DNA from: Akkermansiaceae bacterium
Lineage (GTDB): Bacteria > Verrucomicrobiota > Verrucomicrobiia > Verrucomicrobiales > Akkermansiaceae
Length of the DNA: 64,000 nucleotides
Reading direction: 5' to 3'
Assembly (NCBI GenBank): GCA_024233135.1
Contig: JACKPZ010000007.1
Span: forward strand, 52,864-116,863
The notes beneath the pieces were generated by a model. It was not told where the DNA came from and ran no database searches. It saw only the letters and a program-made list of their open reading frames with translations. Below are positions 32,601 to 40,509 of the stretch, one piece after another; position 1 is the stretch's first letter; each line of letters starts with the position of its first letter. The translations under genes were made by a program, and so were the position numbers.

Positions 32601-32750
32601 CTCACCAAAGGTGCGCAGGATCTCCGGCCGGCCATCGATGGAAAGCAGGTGCGGATTCTCCGGATGGGGCGCCACCGGATCGGCGGCGGCCACGAGTTGC
32701 GTCATGGCCGCGACAGCGAGCGCGGCGGGGAGTCTCAAATTCGGGGGCAT
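26604..32750 (-). CDS. 2048-aa secreted multidomain protein: putative GH-A-like catalytic domain, FN3, CBM-like, PKD, 4 DUF642-like domains, 3 Ig domains
   Basis: Signal peptide; WNEP acid/base-like motif; IEAEDFD CBM-like segment; four NGxFE...DLLLDNV-type repeats; three PPVI..QP..YQWRRDG Ig repeats. Confidence 0.8.
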   Translation of the reverse strand: MPPNLRLPAALAVAAMTQLVAAADPVAPHPENPHLLSIDGRPEILRTFGEHYSSVIRTDFEFVPYLDVLKRDGLNLTRVFLVGFRENTKEPSDDPLAVPPARFLQPWARVHTGSTALDGLGKWDFETWNEAYFTRLEEFVRACDERGIIIDLTFFSTFYTELQWRASPFHPSNNAQGIGPESRYDCYRPKDSGLLEVQETVVREITRRLNGFDNILYNPWNEPFWNEPDVRDDEELDFHRAMLAAIREEEAELPKKHVVGHNFPRWAPQLDGFDLIHEHYPITVPGSPVRGAELLLMERYGSGKVLSLNETDPVTADQARLEAWMFILGGGAIYNGLDYKHHIYTADDETGSSAPGQDIRDGIRNLGIYSGSLDLVRLRRDLSWVVSGLPDGATLQAVASPGQQYVAYLHHGSGAQRNFQLAYDPIDEAEQNASLGVNLPAGTWRAAWTRPSDLTELHAETFVHEGGVRVLEPIVYQKDVALRIDRADAEDDTPPPRPEAFRASPAANGSVTLDWSAVETFDLAEYRIYRREKGVEPGDSEPPFATATPGDLSFTDDTTVAGIRYEYVLTAADANGNESVATAPAGVVPEIRNAPYPAGPHPVPGIIEAEDFDEGGPGVAYSDTSAGNEGLAYRPDEDVDIEPNEAPEGEEPVGHHVTFIEPGEWLEFSVIVAEAGVFRPSVRIRAPDAGGTWSIASDEAGPLGAIDIPAAEDGSEVDWESISGPEIPLSAGVHVIRLSFTGPDPADRSGDLDRIEWTAVPKPPPAAVAALAETAVDDDHDGLAEVTLDATASSAGEAPIVSHRWTLDSTVLAETETASVFLPLGEHPIVLTVTDAYGLVSETTTTVRVLAPRLLNGGFESALDHWTTEDPAAVQDSAPYQATEGGQLLSFNNDDRPPGGAVSQTIATVPGALYQLSYDLGVLAYNENEQQIGVEVRGDETLVETTHPISRSSGTNLRWESHSTFFTADGGTATITFRDLSPSTQAIDLLLDNVHLVQQVSHTLSVASSPFDSAVVSVSPGGDDGVTPFVRTFPNEEMVTLSAPLSLQGYRFDRWTRDGELFSASPEVELLLDEDLSLTAEYVEGPPVILTQPADTTGLENGDVTFSVTAEGTGTVVYQWRRDGVEIPGADGTELVLTSVTSADEGTYDVVVANEAGATTSTPAVLTVRNPADFTNGGFEEGIDGWTATGNLAIQSGAPYSATEGDFLVSFNNGNNQPDGVLSREFATEPGGIYELSFDYGVLAYNNFTQRIGVEVTGSAPLLDESLEIQRAGGNLRWLGASFVFTADSPLATITFRDLSDTTNGLDLLLDNIRITQRISRTLEVLSTPFDGATITIDSANSAATPLARSYQDGAVVSLEAAPSLQGYRFEKWTRDGSDLSTEPAVEITMDADVSLTAIYIEGPPVIVSQPSNATVAEGEGATFSVSAEGTGTLVYQWRRDGVDIDGANTAELALTFVTAEEEGSYDVVVSNGAGSTVSNAATLAVRNPEDFSNGSFEDGFDGWTATGSLAIQSGAPYSATEGDFLVSFNNGNNEPDGVLSREFTTEPGGIYELSFDYGVLAYNNFVQRIGVEVTGDGPLLSESLEIRRSGANIRWLGASFVFTADSPLATITFRDLSDSTNGLDLLLDKVRVTQRISRRLDVASAPFDGASVSIGPDLVMTPLTLFYQDGAVVTLEAPASLQGYRFEKWTRDGVDFSGDVSIAITMDADVSLTARYVEGPPVILTNPADAVSPDGGDVTFSVVADGTGALVYQWRRDGVDIAGGMGAELVLSAVTSGDEASYDVVVSNAAGSTTSAAATLTIQNADPFFNGSFEQGFDSWTVAGNVSLQQTGLYVATNGNRLVAFNNGNSEPNGVLSRSFATTPGAEYDLAFDFGVLAYNNSAQRLGVELAGIGNLASEAYPISRIGGANIRWETRTIRFAADSAVTTLTFRDLSSTTHALDLTLDHVRISPVAEAKIVAARMALADVQEPLPTVVATGSPTMVVHDQTVTLTWIAERPGRHFLQRSDNLRDWTTVDEITVMEAGPVELADPEPEGPRMFYRIGHPR

Positions 32751-32804
32751 TTCGGGTCATGGCCGGGGGGAGAATTTGGTTAGGGGAGACGGAATTTCAG
32801 GAAA

Positions 32805-32996
32805 CTATGATTTTCGCCTCCGCTTGTCACATCCGGAATCATCTCGATTTCCTCCGGTGTCGTTCTTCTCGTGCCACTCGCCGCAGCAGGAGCCCATTTC
32901 GTGGAAACACCCTTCGCACCAGGGGATCTCCTGGATGATGACGGCGGCGGGTTTCCCGCAGACGTCGCAGGTCGGGGCGGTCTCGGTGGTCGGCAT
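32805..32996 (-). CDS. Small Cys-rich putative zinc-binding protein
   Basis: MPTTETAPTCDVCGKPA...WCEGCFHEMGSCC; two CxxC pairs plus CC. Confidence 0.55.
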   Translation of the reverse strand: MPTTETAPTCDVCGKPAAVIIQEIPWCEGCFHEMGSCCGEWHEKNDTGGNRDDSGCDKRRRKS

Positions 32997-33094
32997 CCGG
33001 AAACGTAGCACCGATCCCGCTGGCGGGAAACGCATTCGCCGCGCGGCCGGAGCGGGCTTGCATTTCCCGGCGATCGCGTGTGAATCGGCCGCTC

Positions 33095-34090
33095 ATGTCG
33101 CTGCGCACCGCGGATTTCGACTACCACCTGCCGGACGAGTTGATCGCCTCGCGTCCGTTGGCGGACCGCGCCGCGTCGCGGATGATGGTGGTGCACAGGG
33201 CGAGCGGGCACATCGAGCACCGGATGTTCCGCGAGCTCCCGGGCTTTCTGAAACCTGACGACCTGCTGGTGCTCAACGACACCAAGGTGATCCCGGCGCG
33301 GGTGTTTTCCGACGACGGCGGCATCGAGTTGCTCTGCCTCGACCGGCTCTCCTCGCTGGAGTGGCGCTGCCTCGTGCGCCCGGGCAAGAAGATGAAACCC
33401 GGACGCCGGGTCGTCGTCGGCGGCATCACCGGCACGGTCGCGGAGGTCTATGAAAACGGCGACCGCCGCGTGGTCTGGGAGGCTCCCGTGGACCTCGACG
33501 CGCACGGCCATCTCGCACTGCCGCATTACATGGGCCGCGGCGACGACATCGCCGACCGCGACCGCTACCAGACCGTCTTCGCCCGCGAGGAAGGCGCGAT
33601 CGCCGCGCCCACCGCCGGGCTGCATTTCACCCCGGAGATGCTTGCGGGCCTGCCGCACGCGCACCTCACGCTGCATGTCGGCGTGGGCACCTTCCGGCCG
33701 GTGAGCGCCGAGGTGGTTGCCGACCACGTGATGCACTCGGAGAAATACCACGTCGGCGAGGAAACCACGCGGCGGGTGAACGAGGCGGGGCGCGTCGTCG
33801 CCGTCGGCACCACCGTGACGCGGGTGCTCGAGTCCATCGCGCGCGAAGCGGAAACCACCGCGCGCATCGGGGAACGCGACCACACGGGCGCCACCGACAT
33901 TTTCATCCACCCGCCGTATGAGTTCCGTGCGGTCGACGCGTTGCTGACGAATTTCCACCTGCCGCAGAGCACGCTCATCATGCTGGTGAGCGCCTTCGCC
34001 GGGCGCGATCTGGTGCTGGAGGCCTACCGGCAGGCGGTGGCGGAGCGATACCGGTTTTACAGCTACGGCGACTGCATGCTGCTGCTGTGA
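33095..34090 (+). CDS. queA: S-adenosylmethionine:tRNA ribosyltransferase-isomerase QueA
   Basis: DFDYHLPDELIA, NDTKVIPAR, AAPTAGLHF, TLHVGVGTF, TNFHLP, YRFYSYGD. Confidence 0.97.
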   Translation: MSLRTADFDYHLPDELIASRPLADRAASRMMVVHRASGHIEHRMFRELPGFLKPDDLLVLNDTKVIPARVFSDDGGIELLCLDRLSSLEWRCLVRPGKKMKPGRRVVVGGITGTVAEVYENGDRRVVWEAPVDLDAHGHLALPHYMGRGDDIADRDRYQTVFAREEGAIAAPTAGLHFTPEMLAGLPHAHLTLHVGVGTFRPVSAEVVADHVMHSEKYHVGEETTRRVNEAGRVVAVGTTVTRVLESIAREAETTARIGERDHTGATDIFIHPPYEFRAVDALLTNFHLPQSTLIMLVSAFAGRDLVLEAYRQAVAERYRFYSYGDCMLLL

Positions 34091-34138
34091 AAGGACCTCC
34101 GTGCCGGCGGCGTTCCCGGCAGGGTTGTTTTTGTCCGT

Positions 34139-36211
34139 ATGAGCGCCTTCCGATCGATCCTGCTTTGCCTTCTTCCCACCTTGCTTCCGGCCGCCACCGA
34201 CGAGGCGAGCCTGCGTGCCGAGGCCGATGATCCCGCCGCCCGGAGCGCCCTCGCGGCGAACGAGCTCCGCCGCGTCGCCGCACCGGTGGTCGGCGAGTTT
34301 TCCCGCGGCGGTGAAACCAAGCGTTTCCTCGACGAGCTGAACGCCTCGCCCGTCCTCCTGAGCGAGTTGATGGGCTCCGGCCCGTTGCCCGACGACCCCG
34401 GCAAGATGCTGCGCGTCCTCTTCGAGCTCTGGAAACACGACCGCGCCGGCCTCGCGGACGAACACGAACGCGGCACCGCCGTCGCCGTCGCGCTCACCTT
34501 CGGCGACTCGAAGTGGCCCACTGAAAAAGCCGTTGCCCGCTACGACTACTTCCGCGACTCGCGCCGCGACGGTCTCCTGCACCCGATGTTCGACGACCTC
34601 GCCGCGTGGGAGAAACGCTACGTCGTCTCCGCCGGCGGCAACGGCTCGTGGAACGGTCCCGGCGGTTGGGACGATGCCTCGCTCGTTTGGCTGCGCGACC
34701 ACGTGAAACTCCCGGCCCCTGCCTACACCGGTGCGTGCTGGCAGGCACCCTATCACCTGCACAATCTCTTCGGCGACTCGATCCACGGCAGCGCCTACTA
34801 CATGCCCTTCGAGCACATGGTGCATGCCGAGCGCGTGCGGGACGTCGGAGGAGTCTGCGGGTCGCTCTCGCACTACGGCGCCACCGCCGCCCGTGCCAAC
34901 GGCATTCCCGCCATCACCATGGGCGAGCCCGGCCATTGCGCCTACGCCGTGCGCGTGAAACGCGGCGCGTGGACGCCCGCCTACTCGCTTTCGTGGCAAC
35001 GCGGCCTCCACACCAGCTTGTGGGGTCGCACGTGGACCCAGCTCGTCCTTCAGGACGCCGCGCTCACGGATGCCGAGGCCCATGCCCGCTCCACCGCGCA
35101 CCTTTGGCAGGCCCGCGCCCTGCGCGAGAAAAACCCCGACCTCGCCGAGACCGCCTACCGCCTCGCCCTCGAAGCCCAGCCACTTCATCAACCGGCATGG
35201 CTCGAAGCCACCGCCTTCCTCCGCGATGTCCGCAAACCCGATGCCGCCGCGTGGACCGCCATCCAAAAGGCCGCCCTCGCCGCGCTTGCGGAATACCCCG
35301 AAGCGGCGTGGGACGTCGTTTCTTCGTTTCAAAAGGAAGCCCTCGCCGCGCTGCCCGCGGAACAGCGTTTGGCATATCTCCTCGCGTTTCATGAAGCCAT
35401 CGCCCCGCACGACGGACCGGTCATGTGGAACATCGATGCCGCCTTGAAATCCCAGGCCCAGGCGCTTGGCGGAGACTTCGATCAACAGATCGCCTTCTTC
35501 CAGGAGGTGCTGAAACGGCAGGTTTCCTCGAAATCCTGGCTCGCCCCCGTCGTCGCGTGGGGCCAGCAGTCGATCGGTTCGAATCCCGCCTCGTCCGACC
35601 GCTACTTCGTCGCCCTCTCGACCGCGTTTTCCTCCGCCAACGGCGGCGACAACCAGGACGCGCTGCGCTCCGCCATCGGCAAGGCCGTGCTCGCCGCCGC
35701 CGCCATCCGCAACGTCGAGGCGTTCCAAGCCCTCGGCAAATCCGGAGCGCCGCTGCGCGAAGGCGCCAAGCCGATCCAGACCGAGCCCTTCTCCGGTGAA
35801 CTTCTCACGTCCGGCGGCCTGCTCGTCATTTCCACCACCTCGCGCTGGGACCACCCGGAATACCACTGGGGCGTGCTCGAAGCGTGCGGAGGAAAATTCC
35901 ACACCGACGCCGAGGTGCGACCGCACGCCATCGTTCGCCTCGGCAAACTCGGCGATCTAACGGGCGTCGTCATCCACGACGAAGCCAGCGGTTACAACGC
36001 GTCCCGCCAGCTTCCGCTCAAGGTCTCCATCTCCGAGGACGGCGAGTCGTGGACCGAGGTCTTCCGCACCACCGAACACCAGCAGGTGTGGCGCATCCCG
36101 CTGGAAGGAAAGGCGCCGCGCGTCCAGTTCCTCAAAGTCGAGCGCGACGACGACCGCAAGGAGGTCTTCCACCTCAACGCTATCCACGCCTACGGCCGCC
36201 GCCTTCAGTGA
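34139..36211 (+). CDS. Secreted protein with a transglutaminase-like Cys/His core and a C-terminal discoidin (F5/8)-like domain
   Basis: Signal peptide; GGVCGSLS...GIPAITMGEPGHCAY; C-terminal FHT...VSISEDGESW. Confidence 0.6.
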   Translation: MSAFRSILLCLLPTLLPAATDEASLRAEADDPAARSALAANELRRVAAPVVGEFSRGGETKRFLDELNASPVLLSELMGSGPLPDDPGKMLRVLFELWKHDRAGLADEHERGTAVAVALTFGDSKWPTEKAVARYDYFRDSRRDGLLHPMFDDLAAWEKRYVVSAGGNGSWNGPGGWDDASLVWLRDHVKLPAPAYTGACWQAPYHLHNLFGDSIHGSAYYMPFEHMVHAERVRDVGGVCGSLSHYGATAARANGIPAITMGEPGHCAYAVRVKRGAWTPAYSLSWQRGLHTSLWGRTWTQLVLQDAALTDAEAHARSTAHLWQARALREKNPDLAETAYRLALEAQPLHQPAWLEATAFLRDVRKPDAAAWTAIQKAALAALAEYPEAAWDVVSSFQKEALAALPAEQRLAYLLAFHEAIAPHDGPVMWNIDAALKSQAQALGGDFDQQIAFFQEVLKRQVSSKSWLAPVVAWGQQSIGSNPASSDRYFVALSTAFSSANGGDNQDALRSAIGKAVLAAAAIRNVEAFQALGKSGAPLREGAKPIQTEPFSGELLTSGGLLVISTTSRWDHPEYHWGVLEACGGKFHTDAEVRPHAIVRLGKLGDLTGVVIHDEASGYNASRQLPLKVSISEDGESWTEVFRTTEHQQVWRIPLEGKAPRVQFLKVERDDDRKEVFHLNAIHAYGRRLQ

Positions 36212-36231
36212 AACCCTCCACCCGCACTCTC

Positions 36232-37107
36232 ATGCGACCGCTTCTTTTCCTCGCCCTCGTCACCGCCGCTCACGCCGCGCGGCTCCCGGACTTCACCGCC
36301 GCGCTCGAACATGCCAAGGCGGAACACACGCCCGTCGCCGTCTATTTCCACGGCTCGGACTGGAACAAACCCGGTGAGAAGCTTCTCGCCGTCTGGAACG
36401 ATCCGCGGTTCGAAAGCGGCCTCGACCCCGCGATGCCGCTCGTCGCCATCGACCGCAAGGAAGCGCCCTCTCCTGCCGACGAGGAACTCGCGAAACGCAA
36501 CGCCGCCTGCGACCCGCCGCTGCGCAGCCTGCCCGCCGTCGCGCTTTTCGACTCCGACGGACGACTCGTCGCCTCGCTCGCTGGCACACCGGAAATCGAG
36601 AAGGCCGGCGGTCTGCCCCGCGCGCTCGCCGGCATGCTCGCCGTGCTCAAGGACCGCGACCTCGCATGGGAGCGCGCCCGCAAGTCGTCCGGTCTCCAGC
36701 GCGCGAACCTGCTCGGTTCCGGTCTCGACCGTATGAACCTCGGCCTCGGCCCGAAGAATGTCTATCAGACGGTGCTCGAAGAGATGAAAAAAGCCGACCC
36801 AAAGGACCAGTCCGGCTATCTCGCGAAATATACATTCTCCTCCCGCGCCCTGCTCGACATGGTCATAAAACGCGCCGAAGCCGGTGAACAAGCGGAGGCC
36901 GAGAAGGAACTCGCCACCCTCGCCCGCCAGCCGCGCCTCGACAAGAAACAGCTCCAGGAGCTCCATGCCGCCCGCTTCGCGCTCTACCAACGCTGGCCGG
37001 ACAAGAAGAACCAGTCCCGCCGCGCCCTCGAAGACATGCGCCGCGCCGATCCCAAGTCCGACCTCGGCCGCGCGGCGAATCGCTACGCGGATCAGTTGGA
37101 ACGCTGA
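36232..37107 (+). CDS. Secreted thioredoxin-fold protein lacking CxxC
   Basis: VYFHGSDWNKPG replaces the usual GSDWCxxC; SLPAVALFDSDGR cis-Pro region; helical C-terminus. Confidence 0.65.
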   Translation: MRPLLFLALVTAAHAARLPDFTAALEHAKAEHTPVAVYFHGSDWNKPGEKLLAVWNDPRFESGLDPAMPLVAIDRKEAPSPADEELAKRNAACDPPLRSLPAVALFDSDGRLVASLAGTPEIEKAGGLPRALAGMLAVLKDRDLAWERARKSSGLQRANLLGSGLDRMNLGLGPKNVYQTVLEEMKKADPKDQSGYLAKYTFSSRALLDMVIKRAEAGEQAEAEKELATLARQPRLDKKQLQELHAARFALYQRWPDKKNQSRRALEDMRRADPKSDLGRAANRYADQLER

Positions 37108-37364
37108 TTTCGCGACACGCGGGCCGTTTGTTTGAAGCGCTCCGCGACCTCTGCGGCACTAGGGTTTTCCGCCGTCATGCGCGCCTCCCGGATGAGGGTT
37201 TAGAAAAATCTTATTCGGTGGTTTCCGGGCTTTGCGGCTACTCTTCATCCTCAGCATGAAGAAGAGCCGTCTTCGATCCGCTCCGCCATTCCGGCGATCG
37301 GATGAGGCACCTGCCTCCGGCCATGAGCGGGCATGCCCCGCGTGATCCGAACCCGCAAACCATC

Positions 37365-38258
37365 ATGAACCGATCCACGATTTCCTTCTCCGAACGCCTC
37401 CGCGGTTTCCTTCGTCATCGTCTCGTCGCGTCACCCGCGGGCACGCTGCTGCTGTTTGTCCAACGCTCGCCGCTGGTGAAAATGCTGCTGCCCGAAGCCA
37501 AGCTCGTCACATCCGCCGGCCTTGGCGAGATCGCCACATGGACGGTCGCCACGGTCGCGGGACTGGGCGCCTACGATTCGGTCGCGGGTGCCACCACCAT
37601 CACCCAGCTCGCCCCGACAAGGGGCTCGACCACCGTGAAGGCCACCACCGGCAAGAACCTCACCTTCGTGTTCCAGCTCTCCGGATACCCGGACACCCCG
37701 GGGAGTTGGAAGGTGACAGGTCTTCCGGCCGGGTTGAAACACGCCGACGAGAAAAACAACACCATCGACTCCGTTTCCGGAACGCCGACCGAGTCCGGAA
37801 CCTTCCGGATCAACATCACCGCCTATCAGAAATCGGGTTATTCCGGGGACCGCTTCAGCAAGTCCTTCGTCATGAAGGTGGCACAGGGTGCTCCCGCGGA
37901 CCCGCCGGAGATCGATGTCCTCCAGCCTGCGGGCGTCCATCTGGTGGATGGCAGGTCGGGTGCGAAATTCGCCACCACCCGGATGGGCCGGAAGTCGGGG
38001 CCGCTCAAGTTCACCATCGCGAACACCGGCAAGGGCGACCTCACCGGACTCAACGTGACGCTCGCTGGAAGTGGCCGGAGGGACTTCAAGGTCCGGCAGC
38101 CGTCGGCCCGGACCGTCGCCCCCGGCGCGTCCACCGCCTTCAAGGTGTTCTTCAAACCGAAGTCCAAGGGGATCCGCAAGGCGACCCTCCGGATTTCCAA
38201 CAACGACCCGAACGAGAATCCCTTCGATGTGAAACTCAAAGGTCGCGCGAAGCCGTGA
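37365..38258 (+). CDS. Surface protein (short paralog): conserved leader + Ig-like head domain + ASH/choice-of-anchor D-like C-terminus
   Basis: First ~172 aa align with the 41272 protein; TGLPAGL..SVSGTPTESGTF Ig-like motif; C-terminal TIANTG..LTGL..NDPNENPFDVKLKG. Confidence 0.8.
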   Translation: MNRSTISFSERLRGFLRHRLVASPAGTLLLFVQRSPLVKMLLPEAKLVTSAGLGEIATWTVATVAGLGAYDSVAGATTITQLAPTRGSTTVKATTGKNLTFVFQLSGYPDTPGSWKVTGLPAGLKHADEKNNTIDSVSGTPTESGTFRINITAYQKSGYSGDRFSKSFVMKVAQGAPADPPEIDVLQPAGVHLVDGRSGAKFATTRMGRKSGPLKFTIANTGKGDLTGLNVTLAGSGRRDFKVRQPSARTVAPGASTAFKVFFKPKSKGIRKATLRISNNDPNENPFDVKLKGRAKP

Positions 38259-38321
38259 ACGCGTTGATTCCAACCAATCGGTTACGCTCCCAAGATTGCC
38301 GGCATCTCTGAATTTCCGAAC

Positions 38322-39512
38322 ATGCGAAACACCATGAAGTCGTCCGCCGCAGGCCTCGCGCCGCTCCTGCTTCCCGCTCTGCCCGCCGGCGCGGGGCCCT
38401 TGATGCCCGAGTCCCACAACTGGGATTTCAGCTATCAGAACTATCATGAGGACGGGGACCGCATCCTCGTCGAGTCCTACTATCTCCGCGGTGGCGCGGC
38501 GTTCTCCGACGGGACGGCGGTTCGTTTCCAATACCTCAACGACGCGATCAGCGGCGCCTCGCCCACCGGCGCGCTTCCCGGCGGCACGCAACCGTACTAC
38601 GCGAACATCGACGATGTGCGCGAGGGAATCCTCGGCGCGGTGGCGCATCCGTTCGGCGACCACCTGCTGGAGATCGAATACTCCCGCAGCGAGGAGGATG
38701 ACTATATCTCGAACGGCCTCGCCTTGAGCGATACCATCGAACTCAATCAGAAAAACACCGCGCTGGCGTTCGGTTTCAACTTTCTCGACGACACGGTCGA
38801 GGTGCCCTTGCTCGGAAACCGGGACAAGAATAGTTATGATTTCTTCACCGGTGTCAGCCAGGTGATCGACAAGAACACCGTCGTTTCCGCCAACCTGACT
38901 CTGGGATACGGCGAAGGATATCTCAACGACCCCTACAAGGTGGTGCAGCGCTCCGAGGTGCAGACGGTTCCGGACGGCAGTGGCGGGACGATCGACGTGC
39001 CGGTGACCAATGTCTACCGCGAGAACCGCCCGGACAGCCGTTTCCGCCAGGTGCTGCAACTCGAAGGCCGCCATTACTTCGAACCCGCGATGGGCGCGCT
39101 CGATGCCACGCTGCGCCTGTCGCACGACGACTATGGCGTCTTCTCGCAAACCGTGCAGCTCGAGTGGCGCCAGGAAGCCGGCGAGATCTTCGAAATCGTT
39201 CCGTTTTTCCGCTACTACAACCAGAACGAAGCGGACTTCTTCGTGCGCTCGCTCGACGGACTTCCCGTCGGCACGCCGATGAACGACCCGGACGGCAGCG
39301 GCGTGAACTACTCCGCGGACTACCGGCTCTCCTCGCTCGACGCCGTCAGCGGCGGACTGCGGCTCTACTGCCACATCAACGACCACTTCACCGTTTCCGC
39401 CGCCTACGAACGCTACGTGATGGGCGGGACCGGCGGCGCGTCCGGCCGCTCGCAGGACGAAGCCTATCCCAGCGCGGACATCTGGACCTTCGGTGTCTCC
39501 GCGGATTTCTAA
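38322..39512 (+). CDS. DUF3570-like outer-membrane beta-barrel protein
   Basis: Signal peptide, DAISGAS, SEEDDYIS, GYLNDPYK, ENRPDSR, SADYRLS, terminal Phe; adjacent to apbE/TlpA/DUF4266. Confidence 0.85.
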   Translation: MRNTMKSSAAGLAPLLLPALPAGAGPLMPESHNWDFSYQNYHEDGDRILVESYYLRGGAAFSDGTAVRFQYLNDAISGASPTGALPGGTQPYYANIDDVREGILGAVAHPFGDHLLEIEYSRSEEDDYISNGLALSDTIELNQKNTALAFGFNFLDDTVEVPLLGNRDKNSYDFFTGVSQVIDKNTVVSANLTLGYGEGYLNDPYKVVQRSEVQTVPDGSGGTIDVPVTNVYRENRPDSRFRQVLQLEGRHYFEPAMGALDATLRLSHDDYGVFSQTVQLEWRQEAGEIFEIVPFFRYYNQNEADFFVRSLDGLPVGTPMNDPDGSGVNYSADYRLSSLDAVSGGLRLYCHINDHFTVSAAYERYVMGGTGGASGRSQDEAYPSADIWTFGVSADF

Positions 39513-39520
39513 CAATTTTT

Positions 39521-40489
39521 ATGACCGCCATCGCTCCAGACCCCTTGCGCGCCGACGCGCGGGGCGTTCGGACACTCGCCTTCAAGGCGATGGCGACCGA
39601 CTGCGTGGTGCGCTTCCGCCTGGTGGACGACGCGGCCGCGCGAAAGTTCGCGTTGGAAGCGCTCGACTGGGTCCAGCGTTTCGAATCCCGCTACTCGCGC
39701 TTCCGCGAGGACTCGATCGTCTCGCGCATCAACCGCTCCGGCGGCGCCGGCTGGGTGGAGGTGGATGAGGAGACGGATCGTTTGCTGGACCTAGCCGCCG
39801 ATGCGCACCGCCGCTCCGAAGGAATTGTCGATGCGAGCATGCTGCCCTTGCTCAAGGTGTGGAACTGGAAGGAAGCCCACCGTTCGCTGCCGGATCGGAA
39901 AATCGTGTCGGATGCCCTTTCGCTCTGCGGCTGGGACAAGGTCGAGCGCCGTCCCGGCGCGATCCGCCTGCCGGTCGCGGGCATGGGTCTCGACTTCGGC
40001 GGATTCGGCAAGGAACACGCGGTGGATGTGGTCTCCGCCATGGCCGCGCGCCATGGCATCCGCGACGCGCTGGTGGACTTCGGTCGTGATATCTTCGCGA
40101 TGGGCGGAAACGGCGACCATCCGTTCTGGCACGTGGGCGTTGAAGACGGCCTGAACCCCGGCAACTGCTGGGGCGGCCTCGCGGTTTCCGGACGGGCTGT
40201 CTGTTCCTCCGGCGATGTCCACCGTCACTTCACCCATCGCGGCGTCCGCTATGGACATATCCTCGATCCGCGTACCGGCTGGCCGGTGACCAGCGGCATG
40301 CGGGCCGTGACCGTGGTCGCGCCGACCTGCTTCGAAGCGGGCATCTACAGCACCACCGTCTTCGTTCTCGGCGCCCGCGAGGGCATCCAACTTTCGTCCT
40401 GTGCGCGCGACGTCGAGGTCTGCGCGCAAACCGCCCATGGCATCGAGGGCAGCCGCGGTTTCGGCCGCTGGCTCGTCCGACCCGCCTGA
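39521..40489 (+). CDS. apbE: FAD:protein FMN transferase (ApbE family)
   Basis: FKAMAT, SRFREDSIVSRIN, LDFGGFGKEHAVD, VDFGRD, SSGD, GHILDPRTGWP; start at ATG 39521. Confidence 0.93.
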   Translation: MTAIAPDPLRADARGVRTLAFKAMATDCVVRFRLVDDAAARKFALEALDWVQRFESRYSRFREDSIVSRINRSGGAGWVEVDEETDRLLDLAADAHRRSEGIVDASMLPLLKVWNWKEAHRSLPDRKIVSDALSLCGWDKVERRPGAIRLPVAGMGLDFGGFGKEHAVDVVSAMAARHGIRDALVDFGRDIFAMGGNGDHPFWHVGVEDGLNPGNCWGGLAVSGRAVCSSGDVHRHFTHRGVRYGHILDPRTGWPVTSGMRAVTVVAPTCFEAGIYSTTVFVLGAREGIQLSSCARDVEVCAQTAHGIEGSRGFGRWLVRPA

Positions 40490-40509
40490 ACCCAACACCA
40501 CTGATTCCC

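Noticed and set aside
37108-37364. Possible riboswitch (e.g. FMN) upstream of the flavinylation locus
   Set aside because: Only a weak hairpin (~37237-37268) and no recognisable riboswitch consensus; an Rfam scan would be needed.
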